Assembly: GCA_001618615.1 (NCBI GenBank) | Contig: LKHB01000185.1 | Coordinates: 34,934 to 89,813, forward strand | From: Candidatus Fermentibacter danicus | GTDB lineage: Bacteria; Fermentibacterota; Fermentibacteria; Fermentibacterales; Fermentibacteraceae | Length of the DNA stretch: 54,880 nucleotides | Reading direction: 5' to 3' | Shown: in pieces, positions 24,064-33,609 of the stretch | Position numbering within the stretch: position 1 is the stretch's first letter | How the letters are laid out: each line of letters starts with the position of its first letter | Notes under the pieces: model-generated | Databases searched by the model: none | Seen by the model: the letters and a program-made list of their open reading frames with translations, nothing else | What the model was told of the DNA's origin: nothing | Translations under genes and position numbers: made by a program

Positions 24064-25847
24064 CAGAACGGATGTCCCAGAGCCAGATAGGCTCTACCCC
24101 GGCGCAGTCCGTCCGTCCAGGTCGGGGCGAAGCCGTAGTCCAGCCTGAGGGGGCCGAAGGGAGTGGCGAACCTGAGACCCATGCCCACGCCGAGCCCCGC
24201 CGTCTCGGTCGAGATCTGGTCCACCTCCTCCCAGATGCCCCCGGTATCGAGGAACAGAGCCATCCACAGCCCTCCGACGACCCTCATGCGGGATTCGATG
24301 TTCCCGAGCAGCATGACCCGGCCGCCCGTGGGGTTTCCCTCGGAGTCCTCGGGTCCGACCGTATTGAAGGCATATCCGCGGATGGTGGAACCGCCTCCGA
24401 GGAAGAACCTCTCTCCCGGCGCTATCTCCTCGTCTTCTCCGTAGGGACGGACGACGCCGCCGCGTATCCTCCAGGCGAGGATGACGTCCCGTATGACGGG
24501 CTTGAAGACTCTCGCCTCACTCTCGATCCGATAGAAGCTCCTTCCGCCGAGGAATCCGCCGGACAGGCCTCCCGACAAGCCGAGGAGATGGCCGTGCCGG
24601 GGGTCGAGCACCGCGTCGCGGGTGTCGTGCTGGATGCCGGCCGAGATCCGGGAGGTCGTGGTCCAGTCGAACTCCTCCTCGCCGCCGCCGACGCCAGTTT
24701 CGTTGTACTTGTTCCTCGAGAGGGAGTAGCTCAGCGTCAGCTTCAGTTTCTCGGCGAGGAACCGGGAAATCGCGATCTCCCCGCCGTATCCCCTCTCGTC
24801 GAGGCCGGGGAGGCTGAAGTACAGGTAACTCAGGGTGAAGCGCCCCTTCCACTTCGTCGAGGCTACGTACGGCTCCTCGTAGACGAGCGAGGGTTCGACT
24901 ATGTCGCCCCCTCCGGTCGAGAAGTACCTCGTCCACTCCGAGCCAATCGTGAGAGACTGGTTGTTGCCCATGATGTTCGGATGCTTCCAGAACGCGCTCA
25001 GGATCATGGCGGAGGGGGATGCGTAGCCGGCGCCGAGATCGAGTTCCCTGTAGGGCCTCTCGGTCACCTGTATCAGGAGGTCGACGCTGTCTCGCCCTTC
25101 GGAGAGGCCTTCATAGACGAACCGCACGTCGCTGAACAGGGCGAGGTCGTAGATGGCCGCTATCGACCTCCTCATCATCTCCATGTCGAGCGAATCACCG
25201 GGCTGAAGGAGCACCTCGCGGGTGACGACCACCTTCCTGACGGTCCGCAATCCTTCGACGTCCATGCTGCCCAGGAGTATCTGGCGGCCCTCCGAAATCG
25301 AGCACTCGACCCCCCTCTGGGCCGGGAGGCTCTCCGGGGCCGGGGCGTCGAACGGAAGAACGGCGACATCGACGGAGGCGAGAACGTAGCCGTGTCGGGC
25401 GTAACGCTCCAGCATGGCGGATCTGATCTGCTCGAGCGCCCCCGGGGTGAGGACGCGGCCGGCCTCGATATCGACCGCTCGCAGCAGTTCACGCGCTTCC
25501 AGCGCCTGGTTGCCGGAGAGCACGAGGGGCCCCATCAGGCTCCTCCTGCCAGGGGAAACCGTGATCCTCACGACCCCGACATCCTCGTGCCACTCCGGCC
25601 ACGCGACCTCGACCGACGCCTCCAGATAGCCGCGGTTGTTCAGATTGGAGAGCACTGCCTGCCGGACTTCGCCGGGCGTGACCTCCATGAGTGACACGCC
25701 CCTCCTGAGCCCCGAACCTTCCAGGAGATCGCCCTCGGACACGGCTCCGGCGCCCTCGATGCGTATCGAGTCCACCACTGCGCCCGAAGAGGCGCCGGGG
25801 GCGGCCGACAGAGCCAGGGCGAGAGTCAGTGCGGGACCGGTCAGCAT
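24063..25847 (-). CDS. tamA: Omp85-family outer-membrane protein (TamA/BamA-like, POTRA + barrel)
   Basis: POTRA-like repeats (IRIEGAGAVSEGDL..., VVRITVSPGRR..., VLASVDV...). The C-terminal barrel ends in an aromatic residue (LGHPF). Start ATG 25847 (MLTGPALTLALALSAAPG) is preferred because GAGGAG lies 7 nt upstream. The longest ORF reaches 25919. Confidence 0.88.
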   Translation of the reverse strand: MLTGPALTLALALSAAPGASSGAVVDSIRIEGAGAVSEGDLLEGSGLRRGVSLMEVTPGEVRQAVLSNLNNRGYLEASVEVAWPEWHEDVGVVRITVSPGRRSLMGPLVLSGNQALEARELLRAVDIEAGRVLTPGALEQIRSAMLERYARHGYVLASVDVAVLPFDAPAPESLPAQRGVECSISEGRQILLGSMDVEGLRTVRKVVVTREVLLQPGDSLDMEMMRRSIAAIYDLALFSDVRFVYEGLSEGRDSVDLLIQVTERPYRELDLGAGYASPSAMILSAFWKHPNIMGNNQSLTIGSEWTRYFSTGGGDIVEPSLVYEEPYVASTKWKGRFTLSYLYFSLPGLDERGYGGEIAISRFLAEKLKLTLSYSLSRNKYNETGVGGGEEEFDWTTTSRISAGIQHDTRDAVLDPRHGHLLGLSGGLSGGFLGGRSFYRIESEARVFKPVIRDVILAWRIRGGVVRPYGEDEEIAPGERFFLGGGSTIRGYAFNTVGPEDSEGNPTGGRVMLLGNIESRMRVVGGLWMALFLDTGGIWEEVDQISTETAGLGVGMGLRFATPFGPLRLDYGFAPTWTDGLRRGRAYLALGHPF

Positions 25848-25997
25848 GGGCTGTCTCCTCGATGATTTCCGGGTATCGGACCCGGGCTGCGCCATGAACA
25901 TCGGAATATAGGATGACATGGCATGCCGTGCTGCAGCATTTGTCCCCGGGGGCGGCGTTTGGTTAGGAATTGACCTGAAGAAGAGAGGGGTTCGCCT

Positions 25998-27335
25998 ATG
26001 AGTTCAATCGTGATCGACCATCCATCCCCGGCCGTCGTCCTCCTCGTCGGAGGAACCGATCCGAGCGGAGGAGCAGGGCTGGCTGCCGACATAAAGGCGG
26101 CTGCGGCGGCGGGCGTTCTCGGTGAGATCGTCGTGACGGCCGTAACCTTCCAGAGCAGCGGTTCGGTGGAGGGCTGGGAGCCGGTCTCCACGGGAGCCGT
26201 CTCCAGGCAGATCGAGGCGGTTCTGCGCGACGGCCCTCCAGGCGCGGTCAAGTCGGGGATGCTCGGGAGCGCGGCCGTGGCGTCCGAGCTGGCCGGCCTG
26301 CTCCGTTCCAGGCTGCCGGAAGTGCCGTATGTCCTGGATCCGGTGCTGGTGGCGGGTTCCGGCGGCTCGCTGCACGAGGGCGGGATGCCCGGGATGGTGC
26401 GCGATGCGCTGGTGCCGCTCAGCGCACTATGCACGCCGAACCTGGACGAGGCGGAAGCCCTGACGGGGCTCCGGGTGCGCGACAGGGAATCGATGGAGCG
26501 CGCCGCCGCCAGGATCGTCGAGATGGGAGCCGGGGCCGCACTGGTCAAGGGAGGCCATCTGGAGGGCGAACCGGCGGACTTTCTACTCGCAGGCGGCAGG
26601 GGCCGGTGGTTCGAGGGCAGGAGGACATGCCCCGGAAAGCTTCACGGGACCGGCTGCACCCTCGCCTCCGCCACGGCCGCCCGACTGGCCGCCGGCGCCG
26701 GGGTGGAGGAGGCGGTGGAGTCCTCCCTCCACTACCTCAGGCAGGCTGCCGCAGGGTACTTCATCCGCGGCGCCGGCAACGTTCCCGGGCATTTCCCGCC
26801 CGCCGGACCGAGGAGTGGGAGGCTGGACGCCACCGCGTTCTATTCCCTCCCCAGGTTCTGCAGCAGATGCGGAACCTCACTCGTCGTCGAGAGCGGCGTC
26901 AGACACTACCCGTGCCCGGCCTGCGGGCTGCTGCACTACAGGAATCCTCTTCCGGCCGTAACCGTCGCCGCAGTCAGGGACGGCAGGATACTCCTGGTGG
27001 AAAGGGCCTGCTCGCCGGGAAAGGGCCTGCACTGCCTCCCGGGCGGTTTCCTGGAACTCGGGGAGACCGTGGAGGATTGTGCGGCCCGCGAACTCGCCGA
27101 GGAAACCGGTCTCTCGGCGCGGTCCATGAAACTCAGGGGCGTCGAGACGGACGAGACGGAGTACGGCGGCATCATGCTGGCCGTGATGGAGGCCGGGGGT
27201 CTCGAAGGGACGCCCGTCCCCGGCGACGACGCATCGGACATCGAATGGTTCCCGCTCGACTCCCTCCCGCCGCTGGCCTTCGCGGCCCATGGCAGGATAA
27301 TCGAACGCATCAGGGCGGAGAGAAGCGGGGAATGA
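25998..27335 (+). CDS. thiD: fusion protein: hydroxymethylpyrimidine/phosphomethylpyrimidine kinase (ThiD) + C4 zinc ribbon + Nudix hydrolase
   Basis: ThiD: VGGTDPSGGAGLAADIKA, GAVKSGML, LHGTGCTLASA. Zinc ribbon: FCSRCG...CPACG (aa 288-310). Nudix box: GGFLELGETVEDCAARELAEETGL (aa 349-372). Confidence 0.9.
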   Translation: MSSIVIDHPSPAVVLLVGGTDPSGGAGLAADIKAAAAAGVLGEIVVTAVTFQSSGSVEGWEPVSTGAVSRQIEAVLRDGPPGAVKSGMLGSAAVASELAGLLRSRLPEVPYVLDPVLVAGSGGSLHEGGMPGMVRDALVPLSALCTPNLDEAEALTGLRVRDRESMERAAARIVEMGAGAALVKGGHLEGEPADFLLAGGRGRWFEGRRTCPGKLHGTGCTLASATAARLAAGAGVEEAVESSLHYLRQAAAGYFIRGAGNVPGHFPPAGPRSGRLDATAFYSLPRFCSRCGTSLVVESGVRHYPCPACGLLHYRNPLPAVTVAAVRDGRILLVERACSPGKGLHCLPGGFLELGETVEDCAARELAEETGLSARSMKLRGVETDETEYGGIMLAVMEAGGLEGTPVPGDDASDIEWFPLDSLPPLAFAAHGRIIERIRAERSGE

Positions 27336-27389
27336 TCGCTTCGTGCGCGCCGGCCGCCGTGGCTGTCGGCTAATCGTTCATGCATCTCT

Positions 27390-27427
27390 CCCGGGCGGGA
27401 CAGGCCCGTAAGCCCGTCCCGTCCGGG
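27390..27427. terminator. hairpin between convergent genes (weak terminator candidate)
   Basis: cccgggcgggac / 14-nt loop / gtcccgtccggg gives 12 bp including one G-U on the + strand RNA. It is followed by atcgtttg. It lies between the stops at 27335 (+) and 27460 (-). Confidence 0.3.
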
Positions 27428-27459
27428 ATCGTTTGCGGGCAATCAGTCGGTAAGCGTCT

Positions 27460-30027
27460 TCACACCCGCCCAGGTGGCGGCGTAGAGCCCTCTTCCTCCT
27501 CCGCGGCAGGTCCGGAGGGCGCAGCCTCGGTTCTGGCGGGACCGGAACCGGGAGCCGGTATATTATCGGTTCCACGGGGGGCCGCCGGCAGGGAAACCGT
27601 GAAGACGGTCCCCCTTCCGGGTGAGGATTCCACCTCTATGCGGCCACCATGCCGCTTGACTATGGACGAGGCGACGGCGAGCCCGAGTCCGCTCCCCCGC
27701 GACTTCGTAGAGAAGTAGGGATCGTAGATCCTCTCCAGGACCTCCGAGTTCATGCCGGGGCCGTTGTCGGCCAGGGAGACGCGGACCTCCCTCTCCCCGG
27801 CCCTGGTCATCCCGTTCCACAGTCTGATGTCCAGCCGCCCCGATCCGTCCAGGGCCTCCCTGGCGTTTACGATGAAGTTGCTGAAAGCCTGGACCATCTG
27901 CCCCTCGTCCGCTTCGACCTTCCAGAGGCCCCCCGGGGCCTGGACCTGGAGCGAGAGCTGCACGCCCGATCCGCTCATGACGAGCCTCGCGGTGCTGCCC
28001 AGCAGGCTTTCGAGATCCAGAGCCCTCTTCTCGACACCGCTGGAGCCCCGCGAGAGCATTTCGAGCTGTCGCAGCATCATCAGAGCCTTGTCGCAGGCAT
28101 CGAGCGCGCTCGCGAGATAACCGGCCGCCTCGCTCCCCCCGGGCTCGGAGGCGGCGCAGAGGTCTATGCTGCCGGTCACAACCGACATGATGTTCTTGAA
28201 ATCGTGAGCGATCCCGCCGGCCATGAGCGAGATCGACTCCTGCTTCTGGGATTCGAGGATCTCGGACTCCATCCGCCTCTTCTCGGTCACGTTGCGGACG
28301 GTGCAGACGACGGCGTCGTTCTCGAAGGGAGCCATCCGGCACTCGTACACACCCTCCATGGGGCCGCCGGATATCGCAAGCTCGATGGACTCGACCGAAC
28401 GGAGCTGCAGGCACTTCGCCGCGGTCTTCTCCGCAAGACTCACGTCGGCGGATGACAGGCCGATCTCCTCGATGTTCCTGCCCTGGAGACGATCCCTGAT
28501 TCCGGAGGAGCCGGAGTCCGATCCGGCCTTTACGTCGATTATCCGGCCGTCGCTCGAAATGACGAGGACGCTCTCCGGAATCGCCGAAAGAATGGCTTCG
28601 TTGCGCATCTCGGAGCCCAGCAGCATCTCCTCTATCCTCACCCTGTCGGTGACGTCGACTGCGATGCCCCCCAACAGGAGCGTGCCGTCGGACTCCGGGC
28701 CGACCGGGAAGGAGTGGAAAAGGAGCCGCCTCACGGCTCCGTCGCCGATCCGGACATCGAGTTCCGTGAGGACCGGCCTCCGGTTCCGCATCACCTCGTC
28801 ATCGCTCCTCGCGAGCACCGAAGCCTGTTCGGCAGGCCAGACGTCCTTCCAGTCGATCCCCTCCCAGTCCTCCCGCGACCCCAGGAGGTCTCTCCTGAAG
28901 TTTTCGTTGGCGTAGACCAGCCTCCCGTCGGGCTTTCTGATGTAGGAATAGCCCGGAAGGTACTTCGCGAACAGGTCGAACCGCTGCCTGCTCTGCCTGA
29001 GATCCAGCGAAGCCCTCTCGAGGCGATCGAGGGTTGCGTCCAGGGTCGAGGCGAGCAGCGAGAACTCATCGTCCCCCGGGGGAATGCCGCATCGCATCGA
29101 GGGGTCACTGCTGTCGCCTATCTCGCGTATCCGGAGGGTGAGAGTCCGAAGCGGCATCATCACCTCGCCCTGGAAGAGGAGGATGGTGACGGCCACGAGC
29201 ACCATCCCGGCGATCAGCACGAAGAGCATCGCACGATCGGCGATGTCACGCCCGAGTCCGTAGACCTCGCGGGGGGACTCGATCTTGAGTATCACGTCCA
29301 GGCCAGGACCGGCTCCGAGGGTGGCGTAGACTACGGCCTTGTCCATCCCCGTCCTCAGGATGAGTTCGGAAGGACGGGAGGGATCGATCCCGGGAGGGCC
29401 GGCCTCCGGGGCGAGGATGCCGACTCTGTTGTCCGGCATGAAATTGAGCCCGTCCAGAGTCCCGCCGTCGATCCTGTCGGCGAAGACGACGACCCCGACA
29501 GGGGCTCCGTCTCCCACGGAGGGCCTGACCTCGCATGCTCCGACGAACCAGGGCGAGGAGCCGGAGAAGAGAACGCCGCAACGGGACTCTCCATCCTCCA
29601 GGACGGAGGAGAAACCCGACTCGGATATCCTTGCGGACAGCCCGGGCGGGAAGGGGGATGCAGCTTCACCGCGCACTATGCCGGAAGCATAGGCGGGCGT
29701 GCCTGATGAATTGTAGATGACGACGGCGTCGAGGCCTTCTTCAGCCCAGGACGAAGTGTCCGCGAGTGTCAGAACGAGTCTTGCATCGCCTCCTTCCAGG
29801 AACCGGCGGACCGAGGGGAGGGAGGCCGTCTCGATCGCCGCGGCGGCCGTACGGCCAGCCTGTTCCAGGGCGAGCCGCCTTGTTTCGACGGCGGTCCGGA
29901 CGAGCTGCCGCTCCTCGAGGTCCTCGAAGGTTCCCAGGAAGAAGAATCTGAACACGAGAGCCGTCGCTACGGCGACGACGGCGAGGAAGACCACCAGCAG
30001 GACCGCAAGCCTGCTCCTGAGAGTCAC
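27460..30027 (-). CDS. membrane sensor histidine kinase (periplasmic sensor domain between two TM helices, PAS repeats, HisKA, HATPase_c)
   Basis: TM1 LAVLLVVFLAVVAVATALVF and TM2 AMLFVLIAGMVLVAVTILLF. H-box GGIAHDFKNIMSVV, NGPGMNSEVLERIYDPYFSTK, GSGLGLAVASSIV. Pro/Ala/Glu-rich C-terminal tail. GTG start overlaps the upstream stop (GTGA). Confidence 0.9.
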   Translation of the reverse strand: MTLRSRLAVLLVVFLAVVAVATALVFRFFFLGTFEDLEERQLVRTAVETRRLALEQAGRTAAAAIETASLPSVRRFLEGGDARLVLTLADTSSWAEEGLDAVVIYNSSGTPAYASGIVRGEAASPFPPGLSARISESGFSSVLEDGESRCGVLFSGSSPWFVGACEVRPSVGDGAPVGVVVFADRIDGGTLDGLNFMPDNRVGILAPEAGPPGIDPSRPSELILRTGMDKAVVYATLGAGPGLDVILKIESPREVYGLGRDIADRAMLFVLIAGMVLVAVTILLFQGEVMMPLRTLTLRIREIGDSSDPSMRCGIPPGDDEFSLLASTLDATLDRLERASLDLRQSRQRFDLFAKYLPGYSYIRKPDGRLVYANENFRRDLLGSREDWEGIDWKDVWPAEQASVLARSDDEVMRNRRPVLTELDVRIGDGAVRRLLFHSFPVGPESDGTLLLGGIAVDVTDRVRIEEMLLGSEMRNEAILSAIPESVLVISSDGRIIDVKAGSDSGSSGIRDRLQGRNIEEIGLSSADVSLAEKTAAKCLQLRSVESIELAISGGPMEGVYECRMAPFENDAVVCTVRNVTEKRRMESEILESQKQESISLMAGGIAHDFKNIMSVVTGSIDLCAASEPGGSEAAGYLASALDACDKALMMLRQLEMLSRGSSGVEKRALDLESLLGSTARLVMSGSGVQLSLQVQAPGGLWKVEADEGQMVQAFSNFIVNAREALDGSGRLDIRLWNGMTRAGEREVRVSLADNGPGMNSEVLERIYDPYFSTKSRGSGLGLAVASSIVKRHGGRIEVESSPGRGTVFTVSLPAAPRGTDNIPAPGSGPARTEAAPSGPAAEEEEGSTPPPGRV

Positions 30028-32552
30028 GGATCCATGCCTCCCTGTCTCCCGGACGGCCCTGCCCCATCCTGGTCGATCGATGCGAGGAGCCTGCGGACGG
30101 TGGAGCTGAGTTCCTCGAGGTTGAAGGGCTTGCGCAGGGCGGCCTTGAAACCGTGGACGGCGTACTCCGACAGAACGGAATCCGAGGAATAGCCGCTCGA
30201 GACTATGGCATGGACGTCTCCGAACCTGGCCCGCGCCCGCGCCAGGGTCTCGAGTCCTCCGATGCCGCCGGGCACCACGAGGTCGAGAATCAGAATGTCG
30301 AACGGCCTGCCCTTCCGGACGGCCTCGGCGAGGCGGTACAGGGCGGCGCCTCCGTCGGCGGCCGTCTCGACGGTGTAATCCAGGGTCTCGAGCATCTCCT
30401 TGATCGTCTCCAGCACGCTCAGATCGTCATCCATGACAAGGATTCTGGCGCGCCCGCCCATCGCGGAGGCGGGGAGGTACTGCGAGGGATCGGTCATCCC
30501 GTGGATCGCCGGAATGTGGAGGACGAACCGCCCGCCGGGGCCGGGCAGGGCCTCCAGCCATCCCGCGTGTTTGACCGCTATGGAGTGGGCCATCGAGAGG
30601 CCGAGTCCGACTGACTCATCCTTTGTGGTGAAGTACGGCTCGAAGACCTTCTTCAGCAGATCCTCCCTGATGCCGGGACCGGAGTCCAGGAACTCCATCG
30701 TGACGTAATGGCCGGGATTGAGCCCGGCTACCTGGGGATCAATCGAGTTGTAGGCCTTCATTTCGAACCATCCGTAGCCCCCGATGGCCTCGATCGAGTT
30801 CGTCGCCATGTTCCTGAAGAGCTGAGCGATCTGATCCTCGTCCGCATCGATGGGCCACGTGCCGGGCCGGATGTCGAGCCTGAGGGAGACCCCGAGACCC
30901 CTGAAGAGCGGCTCCAGCACCGTTTTCGCCAGATCCTCCACGTCCGTCGGCTTGAAGTAGGGCGAACCTCCCGTGGAGAACGTCAGGAGTTTCCTCGTCA
31001 GGTCGCCGGCCCTGACGCAGGCGTCCAGCGCCCTCTCCAGGCTCCGGAGAACCTGCTGGGAGGGGTTAGGGATGTCGGACATGGCGAGTTCGATGCTGCC
31101 TATCGCAGTGGAGAGCCTGTTGTTGAAGTCGTGTGCTATGCCGCCGGCGAGCAGCCCGAGGGATTCGAGCCTCTGCAGGCGCGACGCAGCCTCCTCGGCC
31201 TTCATCTTCTGCGTCACGTCGCGGGCTACGGCGAGCACCGTGTCCGGGCCGAAGGCGACGATGCGGACGTCGAGGTAGTAGGTGGTCTCCTGACTTCGTA
31301 CTCCGAGGGAGATGCTCTCGACGGTGTTCCTATCGAGCACCCGGGAGATGATGGACTTTATCCTGGAGGCTTCGGCATCGATCAGTTCGATGTCGTCGAT
31401 ATGCATCCCCTCGGCCCTGGAGAGCGGCAGGGGGGCCTTGAATCCATACCCCGGCTTCACGGAGACAATGGTCCCGTCCCTCCTGATCCTGACCATGAAG
31501 TCGGGTATCAGCCTGAGGAGCATGGCGTTGTTCTGTTCGCTCCGCCTGATGGCTCCTGTCAGCATCTCCAGCTTCTCCAGAACGGGTCCGATGGCCAGGC
31601 CGATGCTGGACACCTCGTCGAGCCTCTCCGTGCCCGTCTGCTCCGGTGATGCACCCGATTCCTGGATCATCGCCATGATGCCCCTGATCCTCTTCACCAC
31701 GAGGAACTGGATCAGGGACAGGGTTACGATCGAGAAGATTATTCCGCCCAGGACCGTCAGCGCGATGAAGTGGGTCAGGATGGTGTCCGCCTCGGCGGCG
31801 ATGTCACGGTTCAACCTCGTGTGGAGCCTCACACACCCGCCGTCGAGGCTCGGATGGGAAACGGAGACGATCAGCTCGTCATCGTTCGGGTAGGTGAACA
31901 GAGTGTCGCCCGGCATCATGGCGGAATCGGGGCGCGAGATCCAGGCATCGAGAGCGGAGCTGGAGAGGATTCTGGCAAGGCCGTCGGAGCTGTCCAGGAG
32001 CCTGACGAATGCCAGAGAACCTGCTCTCGGACCGTCTCCGTCGCTTGCCAGGACATCATGGACGGCGGCGAGTGCCATGCGGTCGCCGATGACGACCAGC
32101 CCGGCCGTGTCGGCTCCGGCCGCCGCCAGCCCCGAGAGGACGCCGCCCGTCATCCAGGCGGGCTCCATTGCCGCATCGAACGGGACGAGCCGCCCGCCGG
32201 TCGATCCCACGGAGAGGACCGGATCCCCGGACGGGGAGAAGAAGAGCATCTGGTCGATCGCGAGTCTGGTCAGGACGCCGGGTGTGATCTCGCGGACCGC
32301 AAAGGCGCTGTCGGCGCCGAGTAGATAGTCGTACGACTGATCCCACGTCGCCCAGTCCATGGCGGCGTTGCGGAGACCATCGATCTCGGCTTCGAGGAGG
32401 TCGGACACGCCACGGAGGTCCCTGACGGCGTCGTCCCGTTCGAGCCTGGCGAAGTCCGGGCGGAACACGAGGAAGGACAGCATCGCGGCGGCGGCAAAGA
32501 GCACGAGTATCGTGCCGCCGAGGAAAACGATGGTCTGCCCGCGGAGACTCAT
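30024..32552 (-). CDS. hybrid sensor histidine kinase/response regulator (CHASE4-like periplasmic domain, PAS, HisKA, HATPase_c, REC)
   Basis: CHASE4-like NAAMDWATWDQSYDYL. H-box GGIAHDFNNRLSTA. DSGPGIREDLLKKVFEPYFTTK. REC with VMDDD, ILILDLVVPGG and LRKPF. Confidence 0.9.
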   Translation of the reverse strand: MSLRGQTIVFLGGTILVLFAAAAMLSFLVFRPDFARLERDDAVRDLRGVSDLLEAEIDGLRNAAMDWATWDQSYDYLLGADSAFAVREITPGVLTRLAIDQMLFFSPSGDPVLSVGSTGGRLVPFDAAMEPAWMTGGVLSGLAAAGADTAGLVVIGDRMALAAVHDVLASDGDGPRAGSLAFVRLLDSSDGLARILSSSALDAWISRPDSAMMPGDTLFTYPNDDELIVSVSHPSLDGGCVRLHTRLNRDIAAEADTILTHFIALTVLGGIIFSIVTLSLIQFLVVKRIRGIMAMIQESGASPEQTGTERLDEVSSIGLAIGPVLEKLEMLTGAIRRSEQNNAMLLRLIPDFMVRIRRDGTIVSVKPGYGFKAPLPLSRAEGMHIDDIELIDAEASRIKSIISRVLDRNTVESISLGVRSQETTYYLDVRIVAFGPDTVLAVARDVTQKMKAEEAASRLQRLESLGLLAGGIAHDFNNRLSTAIGSIELAMSDIPNPSQQVLRSLERALDACVRAGDLTRKLLTFSTGGSPYFKPTDVEDLAKTVLEPLFRGLGVSLRLDIRPGTWPIDADEDQIAQLFRNMATNSIEAIGGYGWFEMKAYNSIDPQVAGLNPGHYVTMEFLDSGPGIREDLLKKVFEPYFTTKDESVGLGLSMAHSIAVKHAGWLEALPGPGGRFVLHIPAIHGMTDPSQYLPASAMGGRARILVMDDDLSVLETIKEMLETLDYTVETAADGGAALYRLAEAVRKGRPFDILILDLVVPGGIGGLETLARARARFGDVHAIVSSGYSSDSVLSEYAVHGFKAALRKPFNLEELSSTVRRLLASIDQDGAGPSGRQGGMDP

Positions 32553-32603
32553 CCGCCCTCCCGTCTTCCCTGGAGCTGAAGCAGTGCGGGATATACCCGA
32601 GGC

Positions 32604-33539
32604 TCAGCTACCGGACAACCTCCGAAGCGTCTCGTCGAGGGCCTCGGCCGTTGACGTGCCGAGAACGGTTACGCCCTCGTAGCCCTTCATCAATCCCTGG
32701 AGCACCGTTCCCGGGCCCACCTCCACGAAGGTGTCGTATCCCTGTCCGATCAGGCGCCTGATGGAAGCCGCCCACAGCACGGGGGAAGTGAGCTGGCCGA
32801 TCAGGAGCGATCTCGCTTCCGCCCCCGAACGCACGAAATCGGCCGTCACGTTGGCGACCACCGGGATTGCCGGGTCCGAGAACTCCGTGGCGTCGAGGCC
32901 TGCAGCCAGGCCTTCGGCGGCCTCCCTCATGAGGGGGGAATGCCATGCGCCCGATACCCTGAGAGGAATGACCCTGCGGACGCCGGCGTCCTTCGCCGCG
33001 GCCGAGGCGGCTTCGATGGCTCCGGGAGTTCCGGACAGGACTATCTGCCCTTCGGAGTTGATGTTGGCTATGCCGATGGCTCCGGCCGGCAATGCGGCCT
33101 GTACCGCCGACTCCGCAACCTCGCGCGTGGCGCCTATGAGGGCGACCATTCCGCCGGGATACCGGTCAGCGCACTGCTGCATCAGCCTGCCTCTGAGCCT
33201 TGTCAGAGGGATCGCCGCCTCGGGGGTGATGACTCCTGCGGCTACCAGGGCCGGGTATTCGCCCAGGCTGTTGCCGGCCGCTCCGAGAGCCTCCACTCCG
33301 GCTTCGGCGAGGACGGCCAGGACCGCCAGGCTGACGGCGGTTATCGCCGGCTGGACATTGTCCGTCCGAGTGAGGAGATCCTCCGGACCTTCGGAGATCA
33401 GGGACAGGAGCCCCGGGGTCTCCGAAAGCTCGTCGAGCCGGGAGAGGATTCCGGCGGCGGCGGATCTCCCGGCGAGGTGCGAGGCCATGCCGACGCTCTG
33501 CGATCCCTGTCCGGGGAACATGAAGGCGATCTTGGACAT
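32604..33539 (-). CDS. fabD: malonyl-CoA:ACP transacylase
   Basis: FMFPGQGSQSVGM, a nucleophile elbow GNSLGEY (usually GHSLGEY), RLRGRLMQ, SGAWHSPLM. Length 311 aa. Confidence 0.92.
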   Translation of the reverse strand: MSKIAFMFPGQGSQSVGMASHLAGRSAAAGILSRLDELSETPGLLSLISEGPEDLLTRTDNVQPAITAVSLAVLAVLAEAGVEALGAAGNSLGEYPALVAAGVITPEAAIPLTRLRGRLMQQCADRYPGGMVALIGATREVAESAVQAALPAGAIGIANINSEGQIVLSGTPGAIEAASAAAKDAGVRRVIPLRVSGAWHSPLMREAAEGLAAGLDATEFSDPAIPVVANVTADFVRSGAEARSLLIGQLTSPVLWAASIRRLIGQGYDTFVEVGPGTVLQGLMKGYEGVTVLGTSTAEALDETLRRLSGS

Positions 33540-33609
33540 CGAAACTCCTTGCGTGGCCGCGTGGGCGGCGGTCTGATCCCGGCTCCTATCCTAATCCCCG
33601 GGAACCGGA

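Noticed and set aside
24072-25694. 540-aa antisense ORF opposite the Omp85 gene.
   Set aside because: Shadow ORF. The minus strand encodes POTRA plus barrel with a proper signal peptide and terminal aromatic residue.
25917-25933. TGGCATGCCGTGCTGCA resembles a sigma54 -24/-12 element upstream of thiD.
   Set aside because: The GG to GC spacing is 8 or 11 nt instead of 10, and there is no TTGC.
25848-25997. Possible TPP (THI-box) riboswitch upstream of thiD. An ACCTGA string is present at about 25971-25976.
   Set aside because: The conserved CUGAGA element and the downstream pairing partner are absent, and the region is too short for the aptamer. Only a small CCGGGT/ACCCGG hairpin (about 25880-25897) is visible.
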